A DNA stretch of 64,000 nt, from assembly GCA_963519235.1 (NCBI GenBank), contig CAUQLV010000002.1:64660-128659 (forward strand), written 5' to 3'. The DNA comes from an uncultured Oscillospiraceae bacterium (lineage in GTDB: Bacteria; Bacillota; Clostridia; Oscillospirales; Ruminococcaceae). The notes beneath the pieces are model-generated. The model was given only the letters and a program-made list of their open reading frames with translations, made no database searches and was not told the DNA's origin. Of the stretch, positions 1 through 9,013 are shown piece after piece (position 1 is the stretch's first letter; each line of letters starts with the position of its first letter). A program made the translations under genes and the position numbers.

Positions 1-965
1 TGCTGGATAAAATGGATCTTGAAAAGGGAACCGTTCAAATCGGGGAATGCGAATATCCACTGCTGGACACGGCTTTCCCGACCATAGACCGGGGAAATCC
101 CTATGCGCTTTCCGATGAGGAAGCCAGTCTCATGCAACAGCTGAAATTTGCTTTTTTACGCAGTGAAAAACTGCAGCGGCATGTGAAATTTCTTTATTCA
201 AAGGGCGGTTTGTATAAATGCTTTAACGGGAATCTGCTGTTCCACGGATGTATCCCGATGAACCCGGACGGCTCCTTTATGAAATTCGACATTGGGTGCG
301 GAGGGATTTCCGGAAAATCGTTTATGGATCAGGCGGAGGCAATCGCGCGGCAGGGCTACTACGCAAAGCAGGGAACGAAGGAAAAACAGTTCGGTAAGGA
401 CTTTTTGTGGTTTCTCTGGTGCGGGCGCAATTCCCCGCTGTTCGGGCGCGACCACATTGCGACGTTTGAACGCAGTCTGGTGGCCGATGATTCCAGTTGG
501 ACAGAAGAAAAAAATCCTTATTATTCTTATTACAACGACGAGGGTGTCTGTGAGCGTATTTTGGAGGAGTTCGGCCTCAGGGGGCCCCACTGTCATATCG
601 TCAACGGGCATGTGCCGGTCAAGTCCAAAGACGGCGAAAATCCAATCAAGGCGCACGGGCGCTTAATCGTGATTGACGGAGGGTTCTGCCGTGCTTATCA
701 GCCGACCACGGGAATCGCAGGTTATACGCTGATTTATAATTCCTGGGGAATCCGGATTGCCGCGCATGAGCCGTTTTCAACCACAAAAGACGCGATTGAA
801 CGTAATAAGGATATCTTTTCCACGACGGTTGTGTTTGACCGCATGGAATCCCGTATTAAAATCGAGGAAACCGATAACGGGGCGTGTCTGCAGCACAATA
901 TTGACGATCTGAAATGTCTGCTGCAGGCCTATAAATCCGGCAGCATCAAGGAAGATCACGCATAA
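1..965 (+). CDS. fbp: Fructose-1,6-bisphosphatase class 3, C-terminal part (5' end lies outside the window)
   Basis: The frame of ORF 12..965 stays open to the left edge. GHVPVK...GRLIVIDGGF...AGYTLIYNSWG is typical of Firmicutes FBPase III. Confidence 0.85.
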   Translation, partial: LDKMDLEKGTVQIGECEYPLLDTAFPTIDRGNPYALSDEEASLMQQLKFAFLRSEKLQRHVKFLYSKGGLYKCFNGNLLFHGCIPMNPDGSFMKFDIGCGGISGKSFMDQAEAIARQGYYAKQGTKEKQFGKDFLWFLWCGRNSPLFGRDHIATFERSLVADDSSWTEEKNPYYSYYNDEGVCERILEEFGLRGPHCHIVNGHVPVKSKDGENPIKAHGRLIVIDGGFCRAYQPTTGIAGYTLIYNSWGIRIAAHEPFSTTKDAIERNKDIFSTTVVFDRMESRIKIEETDNGACLQHNIDDLKCLLQAYKSGSIKEDHA

Positions 966-996
966 AAAACAGCCGCCCATCGGGCGGCTGTTTTTG
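966..996. terminator. Bidirectional intrinsic terminator between fbp and degV
   Basis: Stem CAGCCGCC / GGCGGCTG flanked by an A-run and a T-run (aaaaaacagccgcccatcgggcggctgttttt). Confidence 0.7.
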
Positions 997-1010
997 TGTA
1001 TTCAATTGAG

Positions 1011-1850
1011 TTAAAATGCGATGATAACGCCACCCTCGTTGGCATACATGGTGCTCAGTCCGGCGGTGGAAGTCACTTTAATCTCTTTAAAATGAAACCG
1101 GCGCTGTGCTTCCGCCTGAATGAAGTGCGCCTGCCGCTCGTTATTGCAATGGGTGATTACCAGCGTGCGCTCGGCAAAATTGGTGCAGCTTTCTCCGATC
1201 AGGTCCACCAGACGGGTAAAAGCACGAACAGAACCGCGTGCTTTTTCGTACAGCCTGATCATACCGTTATCAGCACACATAATCGGCCGCAGCGACATGA
1301 CAGAAGCGGCATAACCGGCAATTCGGCTCACCCGCCCGGCTTTAATCAGAGTCTCTAATGTGTCGAGGATAAAAAAGGTCTTCATTCCGTTCGTAAATTC
1401 GGTAACGGTCTTAACAATGGAATCGAAATCCATTTTTAAATCCACGCACTCTTTGATTTTGAGCCCGATTGCAATTTCTCCCGCAGATGCCGAAAGAGAA
1501 TCAAATACGTGAATTCTGCGCTCCGGGCACCCCTCCATCGCCATTTTTGCCCCAACCAGAGCACTATTATAGGAGCCGCTGAGTTTTGAGGAAATGGTAA
1601 TGGCAAAAACATTCATCCCGTTGCGGAATTTTTCTGCAAACACCTCCGGCGACGGACAAGCTGATTTCGCAACATTTTTGCTCGACCGCATGGCGCTGAT
1701 AAAGTGATTGATATTCAGCAGTTCATCATCGATATAATTGACGCCGTCTAGCAGCATAGAAAGTGGAGCGGTTTCAGGATTCAGGCTTTGAAGTTCCGGT
1801 ATCAGCTCACAACAGCTGTCAACAACCAGTTTATATTCCATTTTCGTCAA
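1011..1850 (-). CDS. DegV family fatty-acid-binding protein
   Basis: 279-aa ORF with length and sequence pattern typical of the DegV family (KLVVDSCCEL..., ...SAGLSTMYANEGGVIIAF). Confidence 0.8.
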   Translation of the reverse strand: MTKMEYKLVVDSCCELIPELQSLNPETAPLSMLLDGVNYIDDELLNINHFISAMRSSKNVAKSACPSPEVFAEKFRNGMNVFAITISSKLSGSYNSALVGAKMAMEGCPERRIHVFDSLSASAGEIAIGLKIKECVDLKMDFDSIVKTVTEFTNGMKTFFILDTLETLIKAGRVSRIAGYAASVMSLRPIMCADNGMIRLYEKARGSVRAFTRLVDLIGESCTNFAERTLVITHCNNERQAHFIQAEAQRRFHFKEIKVTSTAGLSTMYANEGGVIIAF

Positions 1851-2015
1851 TTCCTTTCTTACGGCAGCCCCAAAAAAGGAATTGCCGACTATACATTTCT
1901 AGTGTATCGCAGATTGTGCTATAAAGTCAATCAAAACCGCGAAAAACATAGCAAATTTTTAGCGAATTCGTAAACTTTTTGTAAATGGACAGGCAATTGG
2001 GACTTCTTTGCTTGC

Positions 2016-2044
2016 TTGACAAAGCGGCTGAAAAAAGGTAATAT
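2016..2044 (+). promoter_or_regulatory. Sigma-70-type promoter of feoAB
   Basis: TTGACA (2016-2021), 17-nt spacer, TAATAT (2039-2044), about 70 nt upstream of feoA. Confidence 0.5.
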
Positions 2045-2114
2045 GTAAGCCGCGGCTAACGGCGGTTTTACGTGAGAAAGCCTCTGTAAATATGATTGGG
2101 GAGACGTTATTCGG

Positions 2115-2342
2115 ATGACTTTAGATACATTAAAAATCGGACATGATGCGGTCATCGTCAAAGTGGGGGGCAGCGGCGCTCTGCGCCGTCATCTGCTGGA
2201 TATGGGGCTTACGCCCAAGACGAAGATCATGGTGCGCAAGGTGGCGCCGATGGGAGACCCCATCGAACTGCATCTGCGCGGATACGAGCTGACAATTCGC
2301 TTGGAAGATGCCCGCGAAATTGAAGTGGAGGAGGCTGTTTGA
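2115..2342 (+). CDS. feoA: Ferrous iron transport protein A
   Basis: 75-aa SH3-like FeoA sequence whose stop overlaps the feoB start (ATGA). Confidence 0.9.
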   Translation: MTLDTLKIGHDAVIVKVGGSGALRRHLLDMGLTPKTKIMVRKVAPMGDPIELHLRGYELTIRLEDAREIEVEEAV

Positions 2343-4348
2343 TGGTTTTTGCATTGGCCGGGAATCAAAACTGCGGCAAAACAACCTTGTTTAACCAGCT
2401 TACCGGTTCGAATCAGCATGTGGGAAACTTTCCCGGCGTTACGGTTGAGCGCAAGGACGGCGTGATTCGTGGACACAGGGATGTGACCGTTGTTGACCTG
2501 CCAGGCATCTATTCGCTGTCTCCTTACACGAACGAGGAAATTGTAACACGGGATTTTTTGCTAAAAGACCATCCGGATGGAGTCATTAATATCGTGGATG
2601 CCACGAATATAGAACGCAACCTCTATCTTAGCATGCAAATTATTGAGCTGAATATTCCTATGGTCATTGCACTGAATATGATGGATGAGGTGCGGGGCAA
2701 CGGCGGAACCATTAAAATCCTAAAGATGCAGCAGGAGCTGGGAGTTCCCGTAATCCCCATATCGGCGGCTAAAAACGAAGGCATTGACGAACTCATTGAT
2801 ACAGCCATCACGGTGGCCAGAGAGCGGCAGGTTCCCAAACGGATGGATTTCTGCTCGGGTGCTGTGCACCGTGCGATTCACGCAATTGCGCATCTTGTGG
2901 AAGATCATGCAGACCGGATTCACGTTCCTTCCCGGTTCGCCGCTACCAAGCTGGTAGAGGGGGACAGCCCCATGCTTGGGCAGCTGAACCTTTCCGAAAA
3001 TGAAAAGGATATGGTGGAGCACAGCGTAAAGGAAATGGAGCGGGAACTGGGGACCGACCGCGAGGCGGCTCTTGCGGATATGCGCTATACCTTTATCGGC
3101 CAGCTCTGTGAGGAATGCGTGGTGAAATGCGGCGAAAGCAAGGAGCATGCGCGCAGCGTCCGCATCGACGGCCTGCTGACCCATAAATATATGGCAATTC
3201 CCATTTTTCTCGCGGTGATGCTGCTGGTGTTCTGGCTCACATTTGGTGTGATCGGTAGCTTTTTAAGCGACCTGCTTTCTTATGATATTGATCTGATTAC
3301 CGGCGCTGTTTCCCGTGGGCTGACTGCTTACGGTATCAATCCGGTCGTACATAGCCTGGTCATTGATGGTGTATTTGCAGGCGTTGGCAGTGTGCTTTCA
3401 TTTTTGCCCACGATTGTTACGCTGTTTTTCTTTCTCTCGCTGCTTGAGGACAGCGGGTATATGGCGCGTGTCGCGTTTGTGATGGATAAGCTGCTGCGTA
3501 AAATCGGCCTTTCGGGGCGCTCGTTTGTCCCAATGCTGATCGGATTCGGCTGCTCGGTTCCTGCGATTATGGCCACCCGTACGCTATCCTCGGAGAGAGA
3601 TCGTCAGATGACCATCCTGCTGACACCGTTCATGTCATGCAGCGCCAAACTGCCTATTTATGCAATGTTTACCATGGCATTTTTCCCGCACTACCGGGCG
3701 CTGGTCATGATTTTGCTATACGCAGGCGGTATGTTGATCGGTGTTCTGGTTGGCCTTTTGCTGAAAAGTACGGTTTTTCACGGAAAGCCAGTGCCTTTCG
3801 TCATGGAACTTCCGAACTACCGGATGCCAAGCACAAAAAGTGTCGGGCTGCTGATTTGGGACAAGGCGAAAGACTTTTTAACGCGCGCATTTACGATCAT
3901 CTTTGTGGCTACCATTGTAATCTGGTTTTTACAGACCTTTGACAGCCGGTTCAATGTTGTTGTTTCCAGCGCGGACAGCATGCTTGCCTCCATTGGACGC
4001 CGGATCGCGCCGCTGTTTGCTCCGCTCGGCTTTGGGGACTGGCGGGCCTCCACCGCGCTGATCACCGGCTTCACCGCGAAAGAGGCGGTTGTCAGCACGC
4101 TTGCCGTGCTGACGGGCAGCTCCACTGCGGAACTGCCTGCGGCACTGTCGCAGATGTTTACTCCGCTTTCCGCAGGATCCTTTCTGGTTTTTACGCTGCT
4201 GTATACGCCCTGTGTGGCGGCAATTGCGGCTGTGAAACGCGAATTGGGCGGCGTTTGGGCAGCTTTGCAGGTGGCGTTCTGCCAGTCTGCAATCGCTTGG
4301 CTGGCGGCGTATGCGTTTTACCGTGCGGCAAGTTTTTTGATTCGATAG
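2339..4348 (+). CDS. feoB: Ferrous iron transporter B (GTPase plus permease)
   Basis: N-terminal G-domain GNQNCGKTTLFN...DLPG, followed by a polytopic membrane domain; 669 aa. Confidence 0.95.
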   Translation: MMVFALAGNQNCGKTTLFNQLTGSNQHVGNFPGVTVERKDGVIRGHRDVTVVDLPGIYSLSPYTNEEIVTRDFLLKDHPDGVINIVDATNIERNLYLSMQIIELNIPMVIALNMMDEVRGNGGTIKILKMQQELGVPVIPISAAKNEGIDELIDTAITVARERQVPKRMDFCSGAVHRAIHAIAHLVEDHADRIHVPSRFAATKLVEGDSPMLGQLNLSENEKDMVEHSVKEMERELGTDREAALADMRYTFIGQLCEECVVKCGESKEHARSVRIDGLLTHKYMAIPIFLAVMLLVFWLTFGVIGSFLSDLLSYDIDLITGAVSRGLTAYGINPVVHSLVIDGVFAGVGSVLSFLPTIVTLFFFLSLLEDSGYMARVAFVMDKLLRKIGLSGRSFVPMLIGFGCSVPAIMATRTLSSERDRQMTILLTPFMSCSAKLPIYAMFTMAFFPHYRALVMILLYAGGMLIGVLVGLLLKSTVFHGKPVPFVMELPNYRMPSTKSVGLLIWDKAKDFLTRAFTIIFVATIVIWFLQTFDSRFNVVVSSADSMLASIGRRIAPLFAPLGFGDWRASTALITGFTAKEAVVSTLAVLTGSSTAELPAALSQMFTPLSAGSFLVFTLLYTPCVAAIAAVKRELGGVWAALQVAFCQSAIAWLAAYAFYRAASFLIR

Positions 4349-4360
4349 GAGGCGGCTAAT

Positions 4361-4531
4361 GTGGGAATCGGTGACTGGCTGATAATAGGCTTGCTTGCGG
4401 TACTTGCGGTTCTGGCGGTGCGGCATGCAATTCGGCATAGAGGCGGCTGTGGGGGATGTCAGGGCTGTGCCGGCTGCTCGAAAAACTGCAATCATCGGAA
4501 TTTGGATGAGCAAGAAAAAAAGAATACCTGA
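4361..4531 (+). CDS. FeoB-associated Cys-rich small membrane protein
   Basis: Not in the ORF track (under 60 aa, GTG start). AGGAGG lies 6-13 nt upstream. Hand translation: VGIGDWLIIGLLAVLAVLAVRHAIRHRGGCGGCQGCAGCSKNCNHRNLDEQEKKNT. Confidence 0.7.
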   Translation: MGIGDWLIIGLLAVLAVLAVRHAIRHRGGCGGCQGCAGCSKNCNHRNLDEQEKKNT

Positions 4532-4536
4532 AACTT

Positions 4537-4568
4537 AAAAAGCGTCCCGCATATGCGGGACGCTTTTT
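4537..4568. terminator. Bidirectional intrinsic terminator (feo operon / ANTAR operon)
   Basis: aaaaaGCGTCCCGCatatGCGGGACGCttttt. It overlaps the stop codon of the ANTAR gene. Confidence 0.8.
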
Positions 4569-5136
4569 AGGTTTCATAGGTCTGTAAAATATTCTGGGCA
4601 ACGATCCTGCGGGTGGTGCGCAGATCCATCGCCTGCTTTTCAATATACCGGTGCGCCTGCTGCTCGGTCATATCGAGATATTGGATCAAAGCGCATTTTG
4701 CCCGGTCCACCAGACGGATTTCTTCAATTTTGGATTGCAGCCGGGTGTTTTCCGATTGCAGCCCCATCAGGCGCTTGCGGGAAGCCTCCGCGAGCTTCAG
4801 CGCCTGATAGAAGAGCGGGCGGCCGATTGGCTTTGAAACCACAAGGACACCATAGTCCTCCACACGGGCAGAAACGTCGTCCGCCAGTTCACTTTTCACC
4901 AGTAAAATGATGCCGGCGGAGCTGCGCTGGGTGGCAGAAATGGCAAATTCATGCCCGAATTCGTCAGACAAGGGCGCATTAATAATAATGAGTTCAAATT
5001 CCTGATCCACAAGCATCCGCCGGGCCTCACTTCCGGAGGAAGCACAAACAGGCGCGGTGTTTCCGGCAGCTTTCAGCAAATCGGCAAGCAGACTCTGTCC
5101 CTGAGCGGAACTGGATAGTACAAGGATGCTGCCCAC
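4567..5136 (-). CDS. ANTAR-domain RNA-binding antiterminator with a degenerate (pseudo-)receiver domain
   Basis: C-terminal ANTAR helices (LVDRAKCALIQYLDMTEQQAHRYIEKQAMDLRTTRRIVAQNIL). The N-terminal receiver fold lacks the acidic pair (ILVLSSS) and the phospho-Asp (ELIIINAPL). GTG start with a GGGGGGTGA RBS. Confidence 0.85.
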   Translation of the reverse strand: MGSILVLSSSAQGQSLLADLLKAAGNTAPVCASSGSEARRMLVDQEFELIIINAPLSDEFGHEFAISATQRSSAGIILLVKSELADDVSARVEDYGVLVVSKPIGRPLFYQALKLAEASRKRLMGLQSENTRLQSKIEEIRLVDRAKCALIQYLDMTEQQAHRYIEKQAMDLRTTRRIVAQNILQTYET

Positions 5137-5208
5137 AACGTCACCCCCCTGTTAACCTTATTTTTTTCAGATGCTGCCAGTACGGCAGTCATCAGCCGGA
5201 GAGCGCCG

Positions 5209-6528
5209 TTATAAACGCGAAAAATAGAGGACGTGCTCATATTCGACCCGATCTCCAACGAATTCACAATTCTGCCATTCGCTGCGCTTGGACGCAACCA
5301 TTTTCTCGATCGTCTTTTGCGGCAGATACCGCGCCACAAAAGCGCTGGATGCGGCAGCTTCCACTGCTTCTCCCAAATTTTTCGGCAGGACATCAAATCT
5401 GGACAGCGTTTGCGGGTCGGCGGTGAACAGGTTGAAATCTGCGGGTGGGCAAAGCTCCAGTTTGCTCTGAATACCCTCAATTCCTGCGCCGAGCAGGAGC
5501 GTGAAGGCAAGGTAAGGATTGCACAGCGGGTCGGGGGAGCGCAGCTCCATGCGGGAATAGTCCCCGCTTGCCGCCGGAATGCGAACCAGAGGCGAGCGGT
5601 TTTCACGCGACCAGGTAATATATTTGGGCGCTTCGTAGCAGCCGAATCTGGCGTAGGAATTGGTCGTGGAATTTAAGAAAAGGGTCATTTCAGAAATATG
5701 AGCCAGAATGCCTGCAATAAAACTGTGAAAAGCAAAACTGTGCTGCTCTTTTTCATGGGTGAACATATTGCGGCCGTCCTTATAGAGCGACATGTTGATA
5801 TGCAGCCCGCTTCCGCTTTTATCAGCAATCGGCTTGGGCATAAAGGTGGCGAACAGCCCGTTGCGCGCCGCAATCGTGCGGACCACCGATTTGAAGGTGA
5901 TCAAGTTATCCGCACAGGTAAGCGGGTCGGAGAACTTAAAGTCGATTTCATTCTGGCCGGGCCCCTGCTCGTGATGAGAAGTTTCCGGGTAGATCCCCAT
6001 TTCCTCCAGCGTCAGGCAGATTTCCCGCCGTACATTTTCACCCTTGTCGAGCGGTGCGATATCGCAGTAGCCCGCATTATCGTGGGGAACTTCGGTCGGG
6101 CAGCCTTTTTCATCCATTTCAAACAGATAAAATTCACATTCTGCGCCAAACTTGCACTCAAATTCGGCGGAGGAGACCTGCTGCACTGCCTGCCTGAGAA
6201 GTTGACGGCAGTCGCCCTCAAACGGGCGGCCGTCCGGATGCCGGATGTCGCAATACAGGCGCACTACCCGGCCCTGCGCAGGTCGCCAGGGCAATACTGC
6301 CAGCGTCGTGGGGTCGGGGAAAAGCAGCAGGTCGGATTCCTCCACATTCATAAAACCGTCCACAGCTGAGGCGTCAAAGCAAATGCCCTGCGCAAAAGCT
6401 CTGGCAAGCTCACTGGAAAGAATGGAGATATTTTTTGGCGTACCGAAGATGTCGCAAAACGCCAGACGGACAAACTTTACGTCATTTTCCGCAACGTATT
6501 GCAGGACTTCGCTAACCGTATAATCCAT
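5209..6528 (-). CDS. glnA: Glutamine synthetase type I
   Basis: GS-I signatures (FCDIFG, GSGLHINMSL, NSYARF). I placed the start at the ATG at 6528 (MDYTVSEVL, RBS GAAAGAAGG) rather than the track start at 6573. Confidence 0.9.
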   Translation of the reverse strand: MDYTVSEVLQYVAENDVKFVRLAFCDIFGTPKNISILSSELARAFAQGICFDASAVDGFMNVEESDLLLFPDPTTLAVLPWRPAQGRVVRLYCDIRHPDGRPFEGDCRQLLRQAVQQVSSAEFECKFGAECEFYLFEMDEKGCPTEVPHDNAGYCDIAPLDKGENVRREICLTLEEMGIYPETSHHEQGPGQNEIDFKFSDPLTCADNLITFKSVVRTIAARNGLFATFMPKPIADKSGSGLHINMSLYKDGRNMFTHEKEQHSFAFHSFIAGILAHISEMTLFLNSTTNSYARFGCYEAPKYITWSRENRSPLVRIPAASGDYSRMELRSPDPLCNPYLAFTLLLGAGIEGIQSKLELCPPADFNLFTADPQTLSRFDVLPKNLGEAVEAAASSAFVARYLPQKTIEKMVASKRSEWQNCEFVGDRVEYEHVLYFSRL

Positions 6529-6601
6529 GGCTGAACCTTCTTTCACAACACGTTTCCGCCGCATCGCGGGCAACGATAGGATTGCCTATATAATACCATA
6601 A

Positions 6602-7327
6602 TCAATAAATGGTATAAAGCTGTTTGTATGGATTTTTGCTATTCGGAGTCAGTACAAAAAATTTGGAGGAAAGGATTTCGGTCTTATCTTCTCCGAAATG
6701 CTGGCAGAATTCATTGAGATAGCTGTCAATTTCCGCAAGATCGGAAGCGGTTGCTTCTGAAATGTCAATCTGCTTGGGCAGGCCAACGGGCTCTGTTTCG
6801 CTGCGGAGAAAAATCTTTCCGCCGTGCATGCCTGTTCCGCAGAAATAGCCTGTAACCGGAGCATCTTCCGACCTGTGCAGGCCGAGGACAATGATGACGC
6901 CCCCTGCCTGATATTCGCCGAGAAAGCTGCCCGCGCAGCCGCCGATCACCATGACGGGCAGTTTTTCCTGATAAGCCTTCATGTGAATCCCCGCGCGGTA
7001 GCCGATGTTGCCGCGGATGAATATTTTTCCGCCGCGCATGCCGTAGCCCGCGCCGTCACCGCAGGAACCGTTTACGATGATGGTGCCGTCATTCATGGTG
7101 TCGCCCGTCGCGTCCTGCGCGTTGCCCTCAGTGACGATGCTGCCGCCTCCGAGATAGGCGCCCAGAGCATTTCCGGCAATCCCGCCAACCCGGATATTCT
7201 TGTCGCTCAGCCCGCTGCCGATATAGCGCTGGCCGATGCAGTTTTCCAACAGGACTTCTTTGTCGGCGCAGGCGCGGATTTCTTCATTCAGCTTTTGAAA
7301 GTGCATGTTTCCGACAGTCAGTTTCAT
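6602..7327 (-). CDS. Glutamate synthase GXGXG-domain subunit (GltB C-terminal-domain homolog)
   Basis: Repeated beta-helix GXGXG motifs (GNALGAYLGGGSI, GDGAGYGMRGGKIFIRGNIGYRAG, GCAGSFLGEYQAGG). Confidence 0.85.
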   Translation of the reverse strand: MKLTVGNMHFQKLNEEIRACADKEVLLENCIGQRYIGSGLSDKNIRVGGIAGNALGAYLGGGSIVTEGNAQDATGDTMNDGTIIVNGSCGDGAGYGMRGGKIFIRGNIGYRAGIHMKAYQEKLPVMVIGGCAGSFLGEYQAGGVIIVLGLHRSEDAPVTGYFCGTGMHGGKIFLRSETEPVGLPKQIDISEATASDLAEIDSYLNEFCQHFGEDKTEILSSKFFVLTPNSKNPYKQLYTIY

Positions 7328-8556
7328 TGTTTGACCCCTCCCAGCTGCCGCAGGCGTTCCACCTTGGAGAAGGCCATCAGCTGCGGCTTTTCCTTGATCA
7401 GTTCAAAATCGATGGTGTCAAGCGGTGTCTTGTTACGGATTAGTGAGGTGTAAATCCCTGCCCGCTCCACCGCGCCAATCAGAATGTAGCCAACCAGCCT
7501 GTTGTCGTTGACAACCAGACGTTTGTAGGTGGCTTCTCCTTCTGTAACCGTGCTGACGCCCGCGTAGTTGCCGGCGGTTATGATATGCAGGTCAAAAAAG
7601 CCGATGGCGTTCATTGGGATGGCATGGTCATACAGCTTTTCGCCGCCCGCCATGTTGATGCCCGCACATTCTCCCTGCATATAAGCGTTCGGCAGAAGCG
7701 CGAGAATGCGTTCTTGACCGATGGTGATGTCAAGGCTTTCGGCGCAGTCGCCCGCCGCCCAGACGTCGGGCAGGGTGGTCGCGCAGTGCAGGTCGGTCAC
7801 GATTCCGCGGCGCACTTTACCGCCCGCCTCTTTCACCAGTTCTGTGTTGGGGCGCACGCCTACCGCGATGACAAGAAGGTCAAACCCGATAACCTCGCCG
7901 CTTTGCAGCGTCGCGGTATCCGGTGTGAAAGCCTTGACGCTGTCGGAAAGCCGGAAAGCGATTCCGTGCGACTCAATGTGGGGCTGCATCATAGCGGAAC
8001 CGGCCTCGTCCAGAATGGAGGGCAGAATACGGTCCGCCAGATCGACGACTGTAATCGAGCCGACCTTATCGGCAATCCCTTCCGCGCATTTTAACCCAAT
8101 CAGCCCCGCGCCGATAATCAGCACGCGCGCCTGCGGGTCGAGCGCCTGTTCCAGCGCGTGCGCGTCATCGAGCGACATAAAGGTGAACCGGTTGGGAACG
8201 TCCTTTAGACCGCTCATCGGCGGGACAAACGGCTTGCTTCCGGTCGCGACCAGCAGCTTGTCATAGGCGATTGTTTTTCCATCAGCGGTGGAAACTTCTT
8301 TTTTCTTGGCGTCGATTGCCGAAACGGTCGTGTTCAGCATTGCTTCCACGCCGTTCTGTTCATAAAAATCGTCGCCGCGGTATTTCATGCGCTGCTCGTC
8401 TGTCCTGCCCTGCAGCAGATAGGAGATCAGCGGGCGTGAATAGGTGTGATAAGCCTCGCTGGAGATCAGCGTGATGGAACCCTTGGTATCCAGTTTGCGG
8501 ATTGCTTCCACCGTGCCCACGGCTGCGGCGGAATTTCCGATGATGACATACTTCAT
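7324..8556 (-). CDS. FAD/NAD(P)-dependent pyridine nucleotide-disulfide oxidoreductase (electron-input subunit of split GOGAT)
   Basis: N-terminal GxGxxA dinucleotide fold (VIIGNSAAAVG) and a second Rossmann fold (IIGAGLIGLKCAE). 4-nt overlaps with both neighbours. Confidence 0.8.
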   Translation of the reverse strand: MKYVIIGNSAAAVGTVEAIRKLDTKGSITLISSEAYHTYSRPLISYLLQGRTDEQRMKYRGDDFYEQNGVEAMLNTTVSAIDAKKKEVSTADGKTIAYDKLLVATGSKPFVPPMSGLKDVPNRFTFMSLDDAHALEQALDPQARVLIIGAGLIGLKCAEGIADKVGSITVVDLADRILPSILDEAGSAMMQPHIESHGIAFRLSDSVKAFTPDTATLQSGEVIGFDLLVIAVGVRPNTELVKEAGGKVRRGIVTDLHCATTLPDVWAAGDCAESLDITIGQERILALLPNAYMQGECAGINMAGGEKLYDHAIPMNAIGFFDLHIITAGNYAGVSTVTEGEATYKRLVVNDNRLVGYILIGAVERAGIYTSLIRNKTPLDTIDFELIKEKPQLMAFSKVERLRQLGGVKQ

Positions 8557-8999
8557 GCCTCTTCACTCCTTTCCTCAAATACGATTGCGCGGTTGGGGCA
8601 GCCTTTGACGCAGGCGGGTTCCCCGCCTGCGTTGTTGATGCACAGCTCACACTTCTGAATGGCGTGGCCCGTGCCCGACGGCATGATTGCACCGTAGGGG
8701 CAGGAAAGGATGCAGGTGAAGCAGCCGACGCATTTGTCTTGGTCGATCGTGATAACGCCGTCTTCTCCAACAGTGAGCGCACCGGTGATGCACCCTTTGA
8801 CACAGAGCGGCTCGTCGCAGTGGCGGCAGGAAACGGCAAAGCTGATAGCTCCTTTTTCTTCAATGCGAATGCGGGGATTGATGGTGATGTTTTTTAGAGC
8901 CTTGACCATGTCGTCGCAGCCGGAATTGGCAAACGCGCAGTTATATTCGCACAGATGGCACCCGAGGCACCATTTTTCATTGACATAGACACGTTTCAT
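8553..8999 (-). CDS. 4Fe-4S dicluster ferredoxin-domain protein
   Basis: Multiple CxxCxxCxxxCP motifs (CLGCHLCEYNC, CVGCFTCILSCP, CELC...CVKGCP). Confidence 0.85.
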   Translation of the reverse strand: MKRVYVNEKWCLGCHLCEYNCAFANSGCDDMVKALKNITINPRIRIEEKGAISFAVSCRHCDEPLCVKGCITGALTVGEDGVITIDQDKCVGCFTCILSCPYGAIMPSGTGHAIQKCELCINNAGGEPACVKGCPNRAIVFEERSEEA

Positions 9000-9013
9000 A
9001 ATGATGCCCCTCC

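Noticed and set aside
5170-5193. A hairpin (GATGaCTGCC-gtact-GGCAGCATC on the minus strand) between glnA and the ANTAR gene, considered as a terminator.
   Set aside because: On the transcribed (minus) strand it is followed by an A-run, not a U-tract. It is more likely an mRNA-stabilising or processing stem, and the ANTAR gene is probably co-transcribed.
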